A stretch of 64,000 bases of DNA from Oopsacas minuta (taxonomy: Eukaryota > Animalia > Porifera): NCBI GenBank assembly GCA_024704765.1, contig JAKMXF010000336.1, positions 198,599-262,598 of the forward strand, given 5' to 3'. Made by a program: the position numbers and the translations under genes. This document shows, piece after piece, positions 49,001 through 60,800 of the stretch (within the stretch, counting starts at the first letter, position 1; each line of letters opens with the position of its first letter). The notes under the pieces are model-generated. The model saw only the letters and a program-made list of their open reading frames with translations. It did no database searches and had not been told where the DNA came from.

Positions 49001-52000
49001 GATGGATACAATATATTTTGGTGGTTTAGACGTGTTGTCGCCTTTTTATACTAAACTCGAGGCTGAATCCTTATTAGCGCCTAATTTCGGTGGATGTATA
49101 CGCGGGCTACAGCTGGATGGTGTTGAATTGGATTATTCATATGCAAGTGAAATATGGAATGTAGATATTGATGGTTGTCCTACTGTGTCTGTTGGGAGCT
49201 GTACTGCTGCTGGTATCAATGATTTAACTAGTGGAGATGTATTGAGTTATACAAATACTGGATTGATGGAATTTAGAGGTATTTTTTGACGGATTTTCAT
49301 TATTTTCGTGTGAACTATAGGCTCTCGTTATATGCACATCAATAGGCTGTTGAATTCATACTTCATATAAGGAGTGTGATTAATAGTGTTCAACAAGCTG
49401 GTGGTTTGTTGGCGTTAGCCACCGAGATTCATTGCTTGCTGGCAGGGGCGCCTAACTTTGTAACAAATTTAACGGTACAGATGGTTGCTCACACATATTT
49501 TTTGTATTAGCTCTTTAGGGCTATAACCAAACGAGGAGGCTCGAGCCTCAAGCCCCCTCGGGTTCGGCGCTTGTGCTGGCTTAGTTATCCCACCATCTAA
49601 TTTTTGTTTTTTCGAACACTAGTGCTTAATTGCTTATGGTATTTGGTTAAGATATCCAGCACACGCGAATCCTGGATTATATTTCATTGCCTTGTAAAAA
49701 ACAATTTCCAAGGTTGAAACCGATCAAACTGAATATCAGTATTCATGTATAGCAACATAACCAAATACTAATAATATTCGGTTTGGGCCAACCAAATACA
49801 GAATATTGAACTATTCGCTTGCAACCTTGACAATTTCCTAGTTATTCATATATATATTTGCGAAATTTTGATGTAGCCTCTATGTCTATGGGAGTACGTG
49901 TACAAATGATCTACAAATATTTATTTTTTGTATTTCCAGTGCTAACGAGAGTCTAATCTAGTTTGCAGCAATCAATGAATTTGCTTATATATTTATCTCT
50001 TATAGAATATTACTATAGAGTTAGTAGTCAAAACAGTGCTGGATTTGGTGTTAGTAATTGGCAGAGAGCTAATACACAACAAGGAGGTAAGTAGTTGTTT
50101 TAATGTTATTGGTGTACTTTTGTATTCGTACTCAGCTTTTAGTTACGTCATTCCTAGATTAATAATGTATAACAAGTTGTAATACCCTGAGAAATTTCTA
50201 GTGGAAACTGCTATACTGCCTCTAATTGAATACAATGTTTGCATTGTATGATTGCATACAGCGTATAGTTGCCGATGCCTATAGCTCGATAAATCATCTA
50301 TTTAACTAATTTCAATATTCAGAGCCTGAGGCGTAACTAGAGATCCTAGAGCTAGGAGGGAAGGATGGATATTTGCCTCAATAATGGCGATTACAATAGG
50401 GAGATGAGGTAACGCCCGAAAAAGCAATTGTCTCCTCTGCCTCAATGCTAGTTACGCCCTAGAGAGCATGGTGGATGATATTCTTTCTGTGAAACACTAT
50501 ATATACACGTACTTCGGAGACCTAAATACTCTCATACGATTTTCCACAAATCCAAACCCGTGATTCTAATCAATTCATATACTATTTCCAACATCTGTGC
50601 TAATGTGTATAATGTCTTTTCTTAGTATCATCTCCACCTTCAAACCTTCAGTTAACAGCACTCAGTACTTCTATTCAAGTTAGTTGGGATGCTCCTACAA
50701 CTCTAAATGGAGTAATAGACATGTATTTTATCACAACACTATTGAATGGTAAGTCTTGTATTAATGTACAGGTAATGCGTAGCTCGGGGTCACAGAGGTC
50801 ACATGCCCCCTGGCCAAGATTTAATAAATTAAAATTTCTTACAAATATCAATATGGATTACTAAAACGAGCAAAATTGAAGATAACACCTTCAAGCTATT
50901 GGTGGTAAAGAATTACTTCGTTATGTTATACCGGATATTATTGTTTATTGCTAACTGTTCTCTTTTAGCGCTTTTTAACCCTAAATTTGTCCATGTTTTT
51001 CAGTGTCCACACTCGACATACTCCCAGTTGGGCGGGTGCCTCTCCCTTCTCCTCTCTACTCCTGTTATATAGAACGGATACTTCGAAATACCGCTTTTAT
51101 ATTGAAGTCTGAAATTGTACAAACGTGGTCTAAAGCCTATCATAGAATTCATTGGTTATATCAAAGTAATTATTACACTTCCTTGGGTTCGATATAACAG
51201 GAGTTGCCTGTTCTCCTCCTCCTTTATCAATTTCTTTAACATCTTTTATTTAACTCCATATAGGGAATATCGTATCACAAGATAGTGTACCAGATACTCA
51301 GTTACAACTTGATGTACAGGGTCTATCGCCATTCACCAATTATACTATCTCATTAGCTGTTCAGTTGACTACTGGAGTATTATCTGATTCAGTTACTGAT
51401 ACAGTTACTACGCTAGAAGATGGTAATTATGCCTATAACCTTGAAATTAGCCGAGTTATGCCACATTCCTTATAACTTGTATAATTCTCTAGTTCCATCT
51501 AATGTAATTCCTCCCAATCCTGTGAGTGTTACGTCACGCGATGCTACCATATCCTGGCAGCCTCCGAATCAACCTAATGGCCTGATAACAAGCTACAGTA
51601 TATTATCACTATCTCCTACTCAAGATACACTATATGTAGGGAATAGTAATGTATTCGCTACAACTTTATTGAATTTATCACCATTCACTGAGTATCAAAT
51701 TCTTCTGAGAGCTTGTACTGTTATTGGGTGTGCTGATAGTGAAGCTGTAATATTCACAACGGATGAAGATATTCCTGAAAGTGAGTAGAGTTGGATTTGC
51801 TTCAAAATGTTACTCTCAATATTGGTCTATTACTCTATTTCAATTTTCACTTATTATAGGGGAAAAGTGTACTATCACAATTTCCCTATTAGTCTCTTCA
51901 ACCGCCGTAACCTATTTCTAATTATAATTCTAAGACTTAACAATATTTGGCGAAATTTCGATAAAATTCATTGCATCGATTAAGTATTGCAGTGCTTTTT

Positions 52001-53232
52001 AGAAAAGCTATTTTTAGAATCTTTAATTCGATGTCACATTTATTCGTAAATATTTCTACCCATTATTGACATTGTGAATTAACAATTACGACCGTTGAAT
52101 AGTTATGTAGATTACAGAGAAGCACTTGTAATACAGAATCAAATAGAATTCCATTTGTCTTATTTGTGTATTTCCTCATATTTAGGTTTGAACCGTCCCA
52201 GCTTAATAGTACTAGACGCCAGAAGAGTATTGGTACAGTGGATCGCTCCATTTCTCCCCAACGGTGTAATCACCAGCTACACAGTGTTATATGCTCTATC
52301 AACAGATCCTAATAATAGTATTACAGCTGGTACGGTCAATGCTACTGTACTAGAGTTTACTGTATCAGGTAAAGTACTTTTTTGTAAATACTACAGTTGA
52401 AATCGGCGGTTGTTGTCAATTTCTTTCCACCAAGAATGAAGACAAAAACATCCGGTAGGCCTAATCATCCGAAGGTATTTTAGCCAAAAGCCTTTTTCTT
52501 TACAATTAAACATAACCCGATTAAACTGCACATAATGCCTCAGAAATGGACGCCTGGGGAATCGCATACATCTACGCACATTGTTTCTTACCATATCCCA
52601 TCTATATAATCACCTCCCTCGCCTAGGGTGATGTGTAATTGATGGATCATGGGTCACGGAACCAGGGCCCATCACCTATGACCCATCACCATGACTGATT
52701 GCCTATTGGCATTTGGATGTACAATCTAATTTCTGACTTATGAGCCACTCGGGTCGAAGTGTGTGACCAAATACCAACATACTAACAACTACGAAATATG
52801 TAGTACACATAGAAATCACAAATATAACATGTGCCCTGTAGCTATTAGAAGTAATGAGATACTTTTTTCATTGACGCTAATCCCTAGGCTTACCTCCTAT
52901 CTACAGTTCCTTTGTGTATCCGTATACGTTACTTGATTGCATATTTTCATTACTTTCCTACCTCCTAGGGTTACAACCAGCAACAGAATACCAATTCTCA
53001 ATACAAGCTACAAATAGCCTAGGTTCTATAACAAGTGATGTCACTATAAACTCAACACTACATGATGTACCAGAAGGAATATCTCCACCATCTGTATCAA
53101 TTGTAACTGCTGTGAGTTTATTGGTTGTCTGGCAGATACCCGAATTACCTAACGGTGACATCATCAACTATAAACTGCTTATTGATCAGAATGAAGTATT
53201 TGAAGGGTTGCAATTACAGACAAATGTAACAG
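28004..53232 (+). CDS. USH2A: Usherin-like gene, 26 exons, ~2220 aa recovered; C-terminus not found
   Basis: Phase-consistent GT-AG exons: 28004-28144, 32223-32385, 32919 (or 32937)-33087, 33593-33882, 34868-34931, 35681-35957, 36576-36766, 37032-37235, 37513-37600, 38154-38301, 40079-40239, 40355-40566, 41380-41727, 42621-42877, 43120-43345, 44042-44205, 44677-45114, 46343-46732, 47296-47574, 47926-49278, 50006-50086, 50626-50748, 51264-51422, 51493-51780, 52186-52368, 52969-53232. Domain order is signal peptide, LamG-like/pentraxin, laminin N-terminal, 10 laminin-EGF, 4 FN3, 2 LamG, further FN3, which is the usherin order. Confidence 0.88.
28425..28593. mobile_element. pogo/Tigger-type MITE; degenerate copy at 37272-37422
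   Basis: TIRs CAGTGGAGTCTCC..AACGGACAC / GTGTCCGTT..GGAGACTCCACTG, flanked by TA on both sides. Confidence 0.85.
28785..28912. mobile_element. hAT-type MITE (CAAGGTT termini)
   Basis: TIR CAAGGTT / AACCTTG, flanks TATTATAC / AATTATGC (6 of 8 match). Inverted relative of 49709-49829. Confidence 0.75.
30553..31038 (+). CDS. Intronless Maf/CNC-type bZIP transcription factor, 161 aa, nested in usherin intron 1
   Basis: Extended-homology-like segment IAVQDLNRILQESVFTDTERKRIKKLR, basic region QGRNNKAAQTLRIK (compare CNC RGKNKVAAQNCRKR), and leucine heptads L..V..L..L..L. Confidence 0.75.
   Translation: MDFETTYFQPISQYLPTLYSLPMGPKISNFSSPAMETKLKKCMALKGLLIDGWNTKFHKSPFISLLDSHKVAFCIAVQDLNRILQESVFTDTERKRIKKLRYQGRNNKAAQTLRIKNKRRENALSYSVYQLEKARISLSIEKEQLTSEICFYQKALSTSSN
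31590..31732. mobile_element. pogo/Tc1-type MITE; second copy at 53528-53689
   Basis: TA-flanked, TIR CAGTGAACCT / AGGTTTTACTG. Internal CCAGCCAAA..GTTCACATACGAGAGGTGTTC..TTTGGGACCGAGAAAAG shared by both copies. Confidence 0.8.
33123..33491. repeat. Compound tetranucleotide microsatellite (TATG)n-(TTTG)n-(CTTG)n in usherin intron 3
   Basis: About 300 bp of TATG with two interruptions, then short GTTT and GCTT runs. It generates the spurious YVCM/YIHT ORFs. Confidence 0.97.
35167..35310. mobile_element. hAT-like MITE; second copy at ~50326-50462
   Basis: TIR GGGGCGTAA(T/C)T / AGTTAC(A/G)CCCC. Shared core GGATGGATATTTGCCTCAAT..GATTACAATAGG..TGTCTCCTCTGCCTCAAT. Confidence 0.75.
35988..36105. 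repeat. Intronic repeat; second copy at ~40593-40700
   Basis: CCGCTTCACTTG..TGCTGCGCGGCTTG.GAACACTTTGTGTTCG..ACTCGACACTTC.TGCCTCGA present twice. Confidence 0.8.
38401..38712 (-). mobile_element. Possible decayed hAT transposase fragment
   Basis: Motif SQSYDGEANF resembles the GQxYDGAxNM catalytic motif of hAT transposases. Single short motif only. Confidence 0.25.
39300..39460. repeat. Intronic repeat; direct copy at ~42128-42290
   Basis: GGGGAATTCTA.GATAAATT.CTTGA.TAATCAATTTTT..GGGTTTCTC..TTAGGGC shared. Confidence 0.75.
47162..47246. mobile_element. Short TA-flanked pogo-type MITE
   Basis: TA|CTGTAGAACCTC ... GAGGTTTCACTG|TA. Confidence 0.6.
49709..49829. mobile_element. hAT-type MITE
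   Basis: TIR CAAGGTTG / CAACCTTG with a perfect 8-bp TSD ACAATTTC (49701-49708 and 49830-49837). Confidence 0.9.
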
Positions 53233-54091
53233 GTTTGATATGCTCTTCATAAGGTTCTTGTGGTAATACACCTGTATGCAAGGTTTGGCGAAGATATATC
53301 CGTTATGAAAAGATATCGAAAATAACGTATACGGTATGCCGTTGAAAATATCCATATGTAGCTGGATTTCTTAAAGTTATTCGAAAAATATCGAAATCAT
53401 CTAAATATCTAAATTTTCAATATTGATAGCTGATATTTCCGATCTTTTCTATATTTTTCGGGGAGAAAACTTATCTAGTACTCCTCTTATATTTCCCGTC
53501 AATCACAATCTCTGTCTTCTCCATATACGGTGTAACCTCTTTCAGTAATTGAACATCCTGGGGACCAGCCAAAATGTTCACATACGAGAGGTGTTCACTT
53601 GTCATGACATTGTACGCAGCAATATAAGACATTTGGGACCGAGAAAAGATGTTCATCTTTTGGAGATATAACTTCTTAGAGGTTTGCTGTACTTTATAAA
53701 AGTCAGGGAAAGGCTAATATGATTAGAGTAATCAAAATGAAATATTTCCCCATTGAAAATATCCTTTCAACCAAACGATATCCATTAACGATTACACTAT
53801 ATATCCAGTATCACTATACCTAACATTCTATTAGTTTCTATTGATTCAATATTTGTATATTTTTTGTATTAATTATTTCGCTAGAATGCAATCATGTTAC
53901 TTTTTAACAGGCCCTAATATTAGGGACTATACATTTGGATATGCATTCTTATGCATACACTAAATGGCTGGATAATGATATCTTTTACATATTAGCAAAA
54001 CGTATATATAATCTCTAAATTTTGATAATGTAAGAATATTTATCTGTATATTCAATCCTAGTTTTGATACAATTTCCTTGCGAGTGCTACC

Positions 54092-55239
54092 ATGCTTATC
54101 CATGTGTATTTTGATGCTCTTATGTTATCCATTTTCGGTATCATAAGTTTGTGTGCCGCGATATGCTACACAGTATGGATTGTAAAAGTTATCAAACATC
54201 TTAAACAATGCATAACAAAGTACAGAATAAACAAGAGAATGGATTACCGTGACATTCGTGAACGTTATAGAATTCTCTACAACTTTGAAACTCATATAGT
54301 TAAAGACATAATATTACTCATTGTATGCTGTGCTGAGATCGGTGAACCGTTTATGGCTATAATAATTGGCGTTGTCATTTCGTATTACAATCTGAATCTT
54401 GGAGTTTCCAAAATTCGATTGAATAGGACTTCTAGCTTAACTTCCTGTACTTTGAAACAAAGTATTTTAGAAATTGATGCTATAGGAAACGACACCTCAT
54501 TTCAGTACCTGTATTTAACCACCCTTCTAATACTCATCTGTCAACTAATTCTAATTTTACTCTCATTCTTAACACAGTATCTCTCGAAGAGATATTTCCT
54601 TCATTCTATAAGGAAAACTAGCATTTCTCATTTCACTCTTGCAATGATACAAATCTCCATCATTGTCTGTCTAACTAATAGAGATACAATAATTCTGTAT
54701 CTCTTAGTTATACCGCTACTGGTATTCATGGATTGGTGCATTTTAGTCAGAAACAGTAGAATCCTATATCGAGTACTTAAATCAAATGTAAGAGATTTGA
54801 AGTTGAATCTATCAAATCAATATTTGTACATAAAGCAATGGAGACTGCTTCGAATATACAAAATACTGATGCCTGTACTATTAACCGCGTTATTCTTCGG
54901 TTTTTGCACGATTTTTCTTCGTTTTTATTTCAAGTTTTGTTTCGCATTTTGATGTCAAATTGTTTTGACATAATGTTAAGAGACACATTCACAGTTACTC
55001 GAGTCAATGGTCTACATAGAATAATTTTCTACTTTCAATGTGCATCTGAATACCTAATTCTTATTAGTATGACAATCCACTTCATATTACTTGGTTTCCC
55101 AATATTCGCTATTTCAATTGGAATGCTATATACAGCTTGTGTAAATAGGTGGGGCAAGAAGAAAAAGAATTTTTACAGATTTGACTATACTAACTTCAAG
55201 GAAACTTTACTTAAGTTAAACCTGAGAACTCCGTATTGA
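54092..55239 (+). pseudogene. Orphan 7TM gene with a single 1-bp frameshift (pseudogene or consensus error)
   Basis: ORFs 54092-54952 and 54838-55239 join if the T5 run at 54901-54905 is T6 (GGT TTT TTG CAC GAT). That gives ~382 aa with seven TMs, the same length class as the 374 and 394 aa paralogs. Confidence 0.75.
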
Positions 55240-56325
55240 CAATTTGTGTGTATATTTTCAATTGTCTAATATTTAACTGTATTGTTGATTTCATGAATAT
55301 ATGCAAACAAATTATCCGAATCTCTAAATATAGATAGGGAATTGCTCTCAACAGACTTACAAGGTAATTTAGTACGCTAAATCTGAATTTCGCATTTCTA
55401 ATTTTCTCATATGTAAATTTATTGTTGTTTTTCGAACAAATAATTGAAACCTTGAATAATCGTAGAAACTTGCTCTCAACAGACATATAGGGGTAATAAA
55501 TAACCCTGAGTCCGGTGCCTTAAGGAAAAATTACGTCGGCACAGATGGTGATTTGAATTTCCCTTTTGTATATCACAGACTTTCAACCTTGTTTTAATGC
55601 CAAATTAGCTGTGTACTTATTGACATCTCGTAATTCGTTAATGCTAGACACAGGGAATCTATTATTTTCGTATAAGAAGTCATATTTTGGGAGTTCAATG
55701 TTCATATTAGTTTGCCGGAAATATTTGCGGAATCTAAGTTATGCGATATTCACACTTTTCCATAAATGTTATTACAGTGACTCATTCTGTGCACCCCCTA
55801 CTGTCATCCTTGGACCACCAAGAGGTCCATAGACCCCAGTTTGGGAACTGATGAACCAGATCTTCCCTGGAAGTGTTTGTATTATGTCTATGTACTTCAA
55901 ATGAATTAAATTGTACATTAAATAATGAAAAACTGAAACTGTATGTATAGTCTAACTCTCTTTGCCCCAAAAAATGCGTGAGAAAAGAAGAAAACTCGCA
56001 GCAATCCTATCTAGATTATAACATCATAACAATTATGCGTAAATATCTTAGTAATAATATGTGTATTATTTATTAGTATAGCGATCTCAAGTTGGCTTCA
56101 TTTATAGCTTCCTTACAGTTATCATAGTTAAATTCGTAATGATTCTTATTAGTGCACCTCTTTACACAAACTGAATATAGCATTCCAATTGAGACACCGA
56201 ACATTGGAAATCCAAGCAAGAAGAAGTGGATTGTAATGCAAATTATCAGTAAGTATTCAGACGCAACTTCTAAGTATGAAATTATGCTGAATATATTCTT
56301 GTATTCTGTGTTTGAGTGTGTACTT

Positions 56326-57140
56326 CAGTGGCGGCCATATGGGGTGTGCAGGGTGTGCGGTGCACAGGGGCCCCCAAAGAGATCATTTGGATGGAGAGGA
56401 GATTAACCGAGATTTTTGGGGAATGATTGGGCCCACAAAATCCCAGGACAACCTTTATTCTAGGTTGAGTATAGTTAATTGTTTAGTTGATCTATGTATT
56501 CATGAAGTTTGAAATTACATTAGTCAATAAACATAGGATATGACTACTATAAGAATTTAAATTTCCATGAATTGGTTTTAATTTAGATATTTTCCTTTTA
56601 GATCGTTAATTTATTAGTTATTCATCTCTTGTACACATAGATTATATAGAAATATAGTTTCACAAACATTAAATTGTATTTCCGTGTATTATTAAGATAT
56701 CTGTCACGAAAGTTCTTATTAGTTATACCACAGGAGAAACTTATGCTGGGGCAGATCCAAGGGGTCCAAGGGGTCCTAGGGGTCCTAGGACCCCTCCTCG
56801 GTGTTCCTAGTGTGAATCAAAATGGAATCAAAATTTCAGTTTTGAATTTCTGTCTAAAATTAATGAATAGTAAGATAAATGAATTTACATATATTTCTCT
56901 ATATGTGGTAGAAATGTCTTTAGATCTCTATTTCAGTGTCGAAATATTCAAAACAACTTCTGAGGGCACCCCTTAGGATAGCTCGCTCGGCTCGCGCTTG
57001 GATCCCCCTAGGTAAATCCTGGATCCGCTCCATGTTATGCATGTGCCATGTGCATAAGTTTGCATCTTTTTTTTGATAATTGAGAAGGGGGCCCAAGAAA
57101 AACATTGCACAAGGCCCTCAATATCCTATGGTCGCCACTG
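56326..57140. mobile_element. TIR element with a nested second element (56747-57032)
   Basis: Outer TIR CAGTGGCGGCCAT / ATGGTCGCCACTG. Inner TIR TGGGGCAGATCCA / TGGATCCGCTCCA, flanked by ACTTATGC / TGTTATGC (6 of 8 match). Confidence 0.7.
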
Positions 57141-57800
57141 ACACTGAGTTATATATGTATACCGCATAACTTCTAAGCCTAATACCTGAATGAACCTCAG
57201 GTAAGAGACCTTCCATATAGCCGCGCCAGTTATAACCAGAGTGGACCGATTATGGCCGCTCAGTTATGGATGTCACTACTGGTGCAGTAAGAGTTGTGGC
57301 CTTTTCAAAAGATTTTATCAATATTTTATAGTTTCTGAATGTGAGAATGATTTGATATACCGAATGAATATTCTATACTTTACAATACATATACACATTA
57401 AAGTATGTATAAAGCCATCTACCGAAGTTGATGACGAAACATGGTGTAGCAGCCCTGGTGTATTCTCTCTTGGACAGATTATACCGTATATATTATGAGC
57501 TAGACCACTTTATACTCAGGGAATAATTTGACCTAGGCTAGAACAGATTATGCCTGAGTATAATCTTGGCTGTTACACCGGTACTGGAGTTATTCCAAAC
57601 ATACACTAAACTCGAGCACACAACTAATATAATTCGCATATACAGAAATAATCTATGACGAAATATGAATACAAAGCTTATAGTTAGTAAGTATCTAGTA
57701 TACATTACTGGGGATACCTAAATATACACACTATGAGGTTAATCTATAGTTAATTCCCTGAGATGGATAATCTAAAGTAAAGTCAAAGATGAACTTGATA

Positions 57801-60800
57801 TCAGTTTATCTGGTATCTCACAGCTTCATCCTGCACACTTCCTGGATAAACTTCTGCAATAAGGTTTGGATCTTTCTTTTCGATTAGTTCAGATTCTATA
57901 GCAGTTGTTTTCTTCAATTCATCAGGCTGTGCTGATCCGTGGATGCTGTTATAGATTTCATTACTATATCCAGCTGTGGGGATTCTATGGTTGTTCGTGT
58001 CTTTTGCTTTGGGAATCCCTTGTAGTTTGTTAACCTTTCTAACAAAATACAAGAATAATGCTATAAACATGAATATTAGGAAAACATTGGACACTAAAGA
58101 GATAACCATGAGAATTACTGTTGGTTGGTACCATTCAAATTGGTTTTGAGTTGACATGGCTCGTGGCGTAAATGAGGATGTCGGATCTGAAGTTTGATGC
58201 GTGGTATTTCCTAGTGTATCAACATTGGGGCAAGAAAAATTCTGGATAGTGATGTTGAATCCTCCTTGACAAATGAAACGATTTTCGTGATAACTGCTAT
58301 CAACCACATCACATTGTATGTTGCTTTCACAATGAGTTTTGTTGATCAGCTGATGACCATCTTGACAATAACACAGATATGAACCGATTATATTTTGACA
58401 TCCAAACTCACATCCTCCATTCCCTTCCTGGCACTCGTTAATATCATCACAAGCATATCCATTAGCAGCTACAGTGTATCCTTCATCACATGCACAACGA
58501 TATGAACCTTCTGTGTTCTCACAGGCGTATGCACAATCAGTTGCCTCGTTACACTCATCAAAATCTTTGCATTCACCAGAATTGTGCAGTGAATATCCTA
58601 TCGGACAAAAGGTTGGTGGTATTGTTGACTGTGCTGTTGAAGTTTTTGGCATTGTAATTGCAGTGCTTTGACAAGTGAAGTTTGTAATTGTCAGATTGAA
58701 CCCACCATCACAAATGAATTGATATTCTTCATTGTTACTACTATCAATCACGTCACATTGAATATCGCTCTCACAATGGGTTTGATTAATCAGCTGATGT
58801 CCGTACTCGCAATAACACAGATATGAACCTATGGTATTTCTACAACCAAACTCACATCCTCCATTCCATTCTTGGCACTCATTAGCATCTTCACAATCAT
58901 ATCCATTAATAGCTAGTTTGTATCCTTCTTCACATATGCAATTATATGAACCTTCTGTGTTCTGACAAGCATATGAACAATTAGTTACTTCAGTGCACTC
59001 ATTGAAATCTTTGCATTCACCTGAATTATGCAATGAATAACCAATGGGACAACTAGTTGGTTGTTCTGTTGAAGGTGTTGTTTGTTTAGTGATGCTTTGA
59101 CAAGTCAGATTTGTGATAGTTAGGTTGAAACCTCCTTGACAAGTGAAGCGGTTTTCTTGATGACCACTACTATCGACCACGTCACATTGAATGTCGCTCT
59201 CACAATGCGTTTGATTAATCAGCTGATGTCCGTACTCGCAATAGCACAGATATGAACCTATGGTATTTCTACAACCAAACTCACATCCTCCATTCCATTC
59301 CTGGCACTCATTCGCTTCTTCACAATCATATCCATTAATAGCTAGCTTGTATCCTTCTTCACATATGCAACTGTATGAACCTTCTGTATTCTGACAGGCA
59401 TATGTACAGTTAGTCACCTCATCACATTCATCGAAATCTTTACATTCACCAGAATTGTGTAGTGAATACCCAATGGGACAACTAGTTGGTTGTTCTGTTG
59501 AAGGTGTTGTTGGTTCAGTGATGCTGTGACAAGTCAGATTTGTGATAGTTAGGTTGAAACCTCCTTGACAAGTGAAGCGGTTTTCTTGATAACCACTACT
59601 ATCGACCACGTCACATTGAATATCGCTCTCACAATGAGTTTCGTTATACAATTGGTGTCCTTGCTCACAGTAACATTGATACGAACCTATGGTATTACCA
59701 CAACCAAACTCACATCCTCCATTTCCGACCTTACATTCATTAACATCATCACAAACATATCCATTTGCAGCTAGCTTGTATCCTTCATCACACACACAAT
59801 GGTATGAACCTTCTGTGTTCTCACAGGTATGCTCGCATTCAGTTACTACATCACATTCATCTTCATCCACACATTCTCCTGAACTATGTTGTAGATAACC
59901 TATAGGGCAACCACACAAGTAACTATCTTGTGTATTATGACATACTTGATTACTAGGACAGGTTATCAATTTGTCAAAGCATTGATAAGATTCTGTTTGT
60001 GAGCAATTGGCATACAACAGTGGATCAGTAATAGACTTTTGGAAGAAAACGTTTGGTTCAGAACAATACCCATTACTTATATATACCCCATATTGCGATA
60101 CCATTGACGTCCATTGTAATCTACAGTCGCAGATGAACGGGTCGCTTAAATATAGATATATGCTGCTTGGTGATTTCATTTGCTGGAATACATACGGGTC
60201 TAGGGTATGATACTCATTGTACTGCAAGAGTACATACCTTAGAGATCTTGTATTTATCAGTGCTTCAATAGGGAATCCTGGATTCTCATCTAAATTCAGG
60301 TATGTCAGTTCAGTTAAACCTTCGAAAACATTATTTGATATAATCTTTATTCCATTGTTTTGAAGATAGAGTTGTAACAGGCTTGAGAGTTCATTGAATG
60401 TACCATCCTCAATGATACCTAACTTATTGTTTTGAAGATAGAGAGATAGCAGACTTGAGAGTTCATTGAATGTACCATCTTCAATAATACTTAATTTGTT
60501 GTTTGCAAAGCTCAGATATGTTAACGAGTTCAAACCATCCAATGCTCCTTTAGTTATGCTACTGAAATCCGAGTTGTAGAAATTTAGGTAAACCAAGTTT
60601 GATAATTCTCTAACTATTGTGTTATCAAATGTACGCGTGGACGCACCTACTATTCTAACGCTGAGAGAACTTAGATATTGAAGATTTGTAAACGATGGTG
60701 TTTCTTTTGAAATACAATAACCCAAGTAGATATATTTTAGACCTGTGAAGTAATTGAAAAAGTTTTTAGCCTCGAGCTGGATATGATAGCTACTACTAAC

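Noticed and set aside
55579-55832. Possible next usherin exon (CAG|AC TTT CAA CCT.., DFQPCFNAKLAVY..)
   Set aside because: Phase-compatible, but it lacks the FN3 LxPxTxYxFxVxA pattern and runs into repeat sequence.
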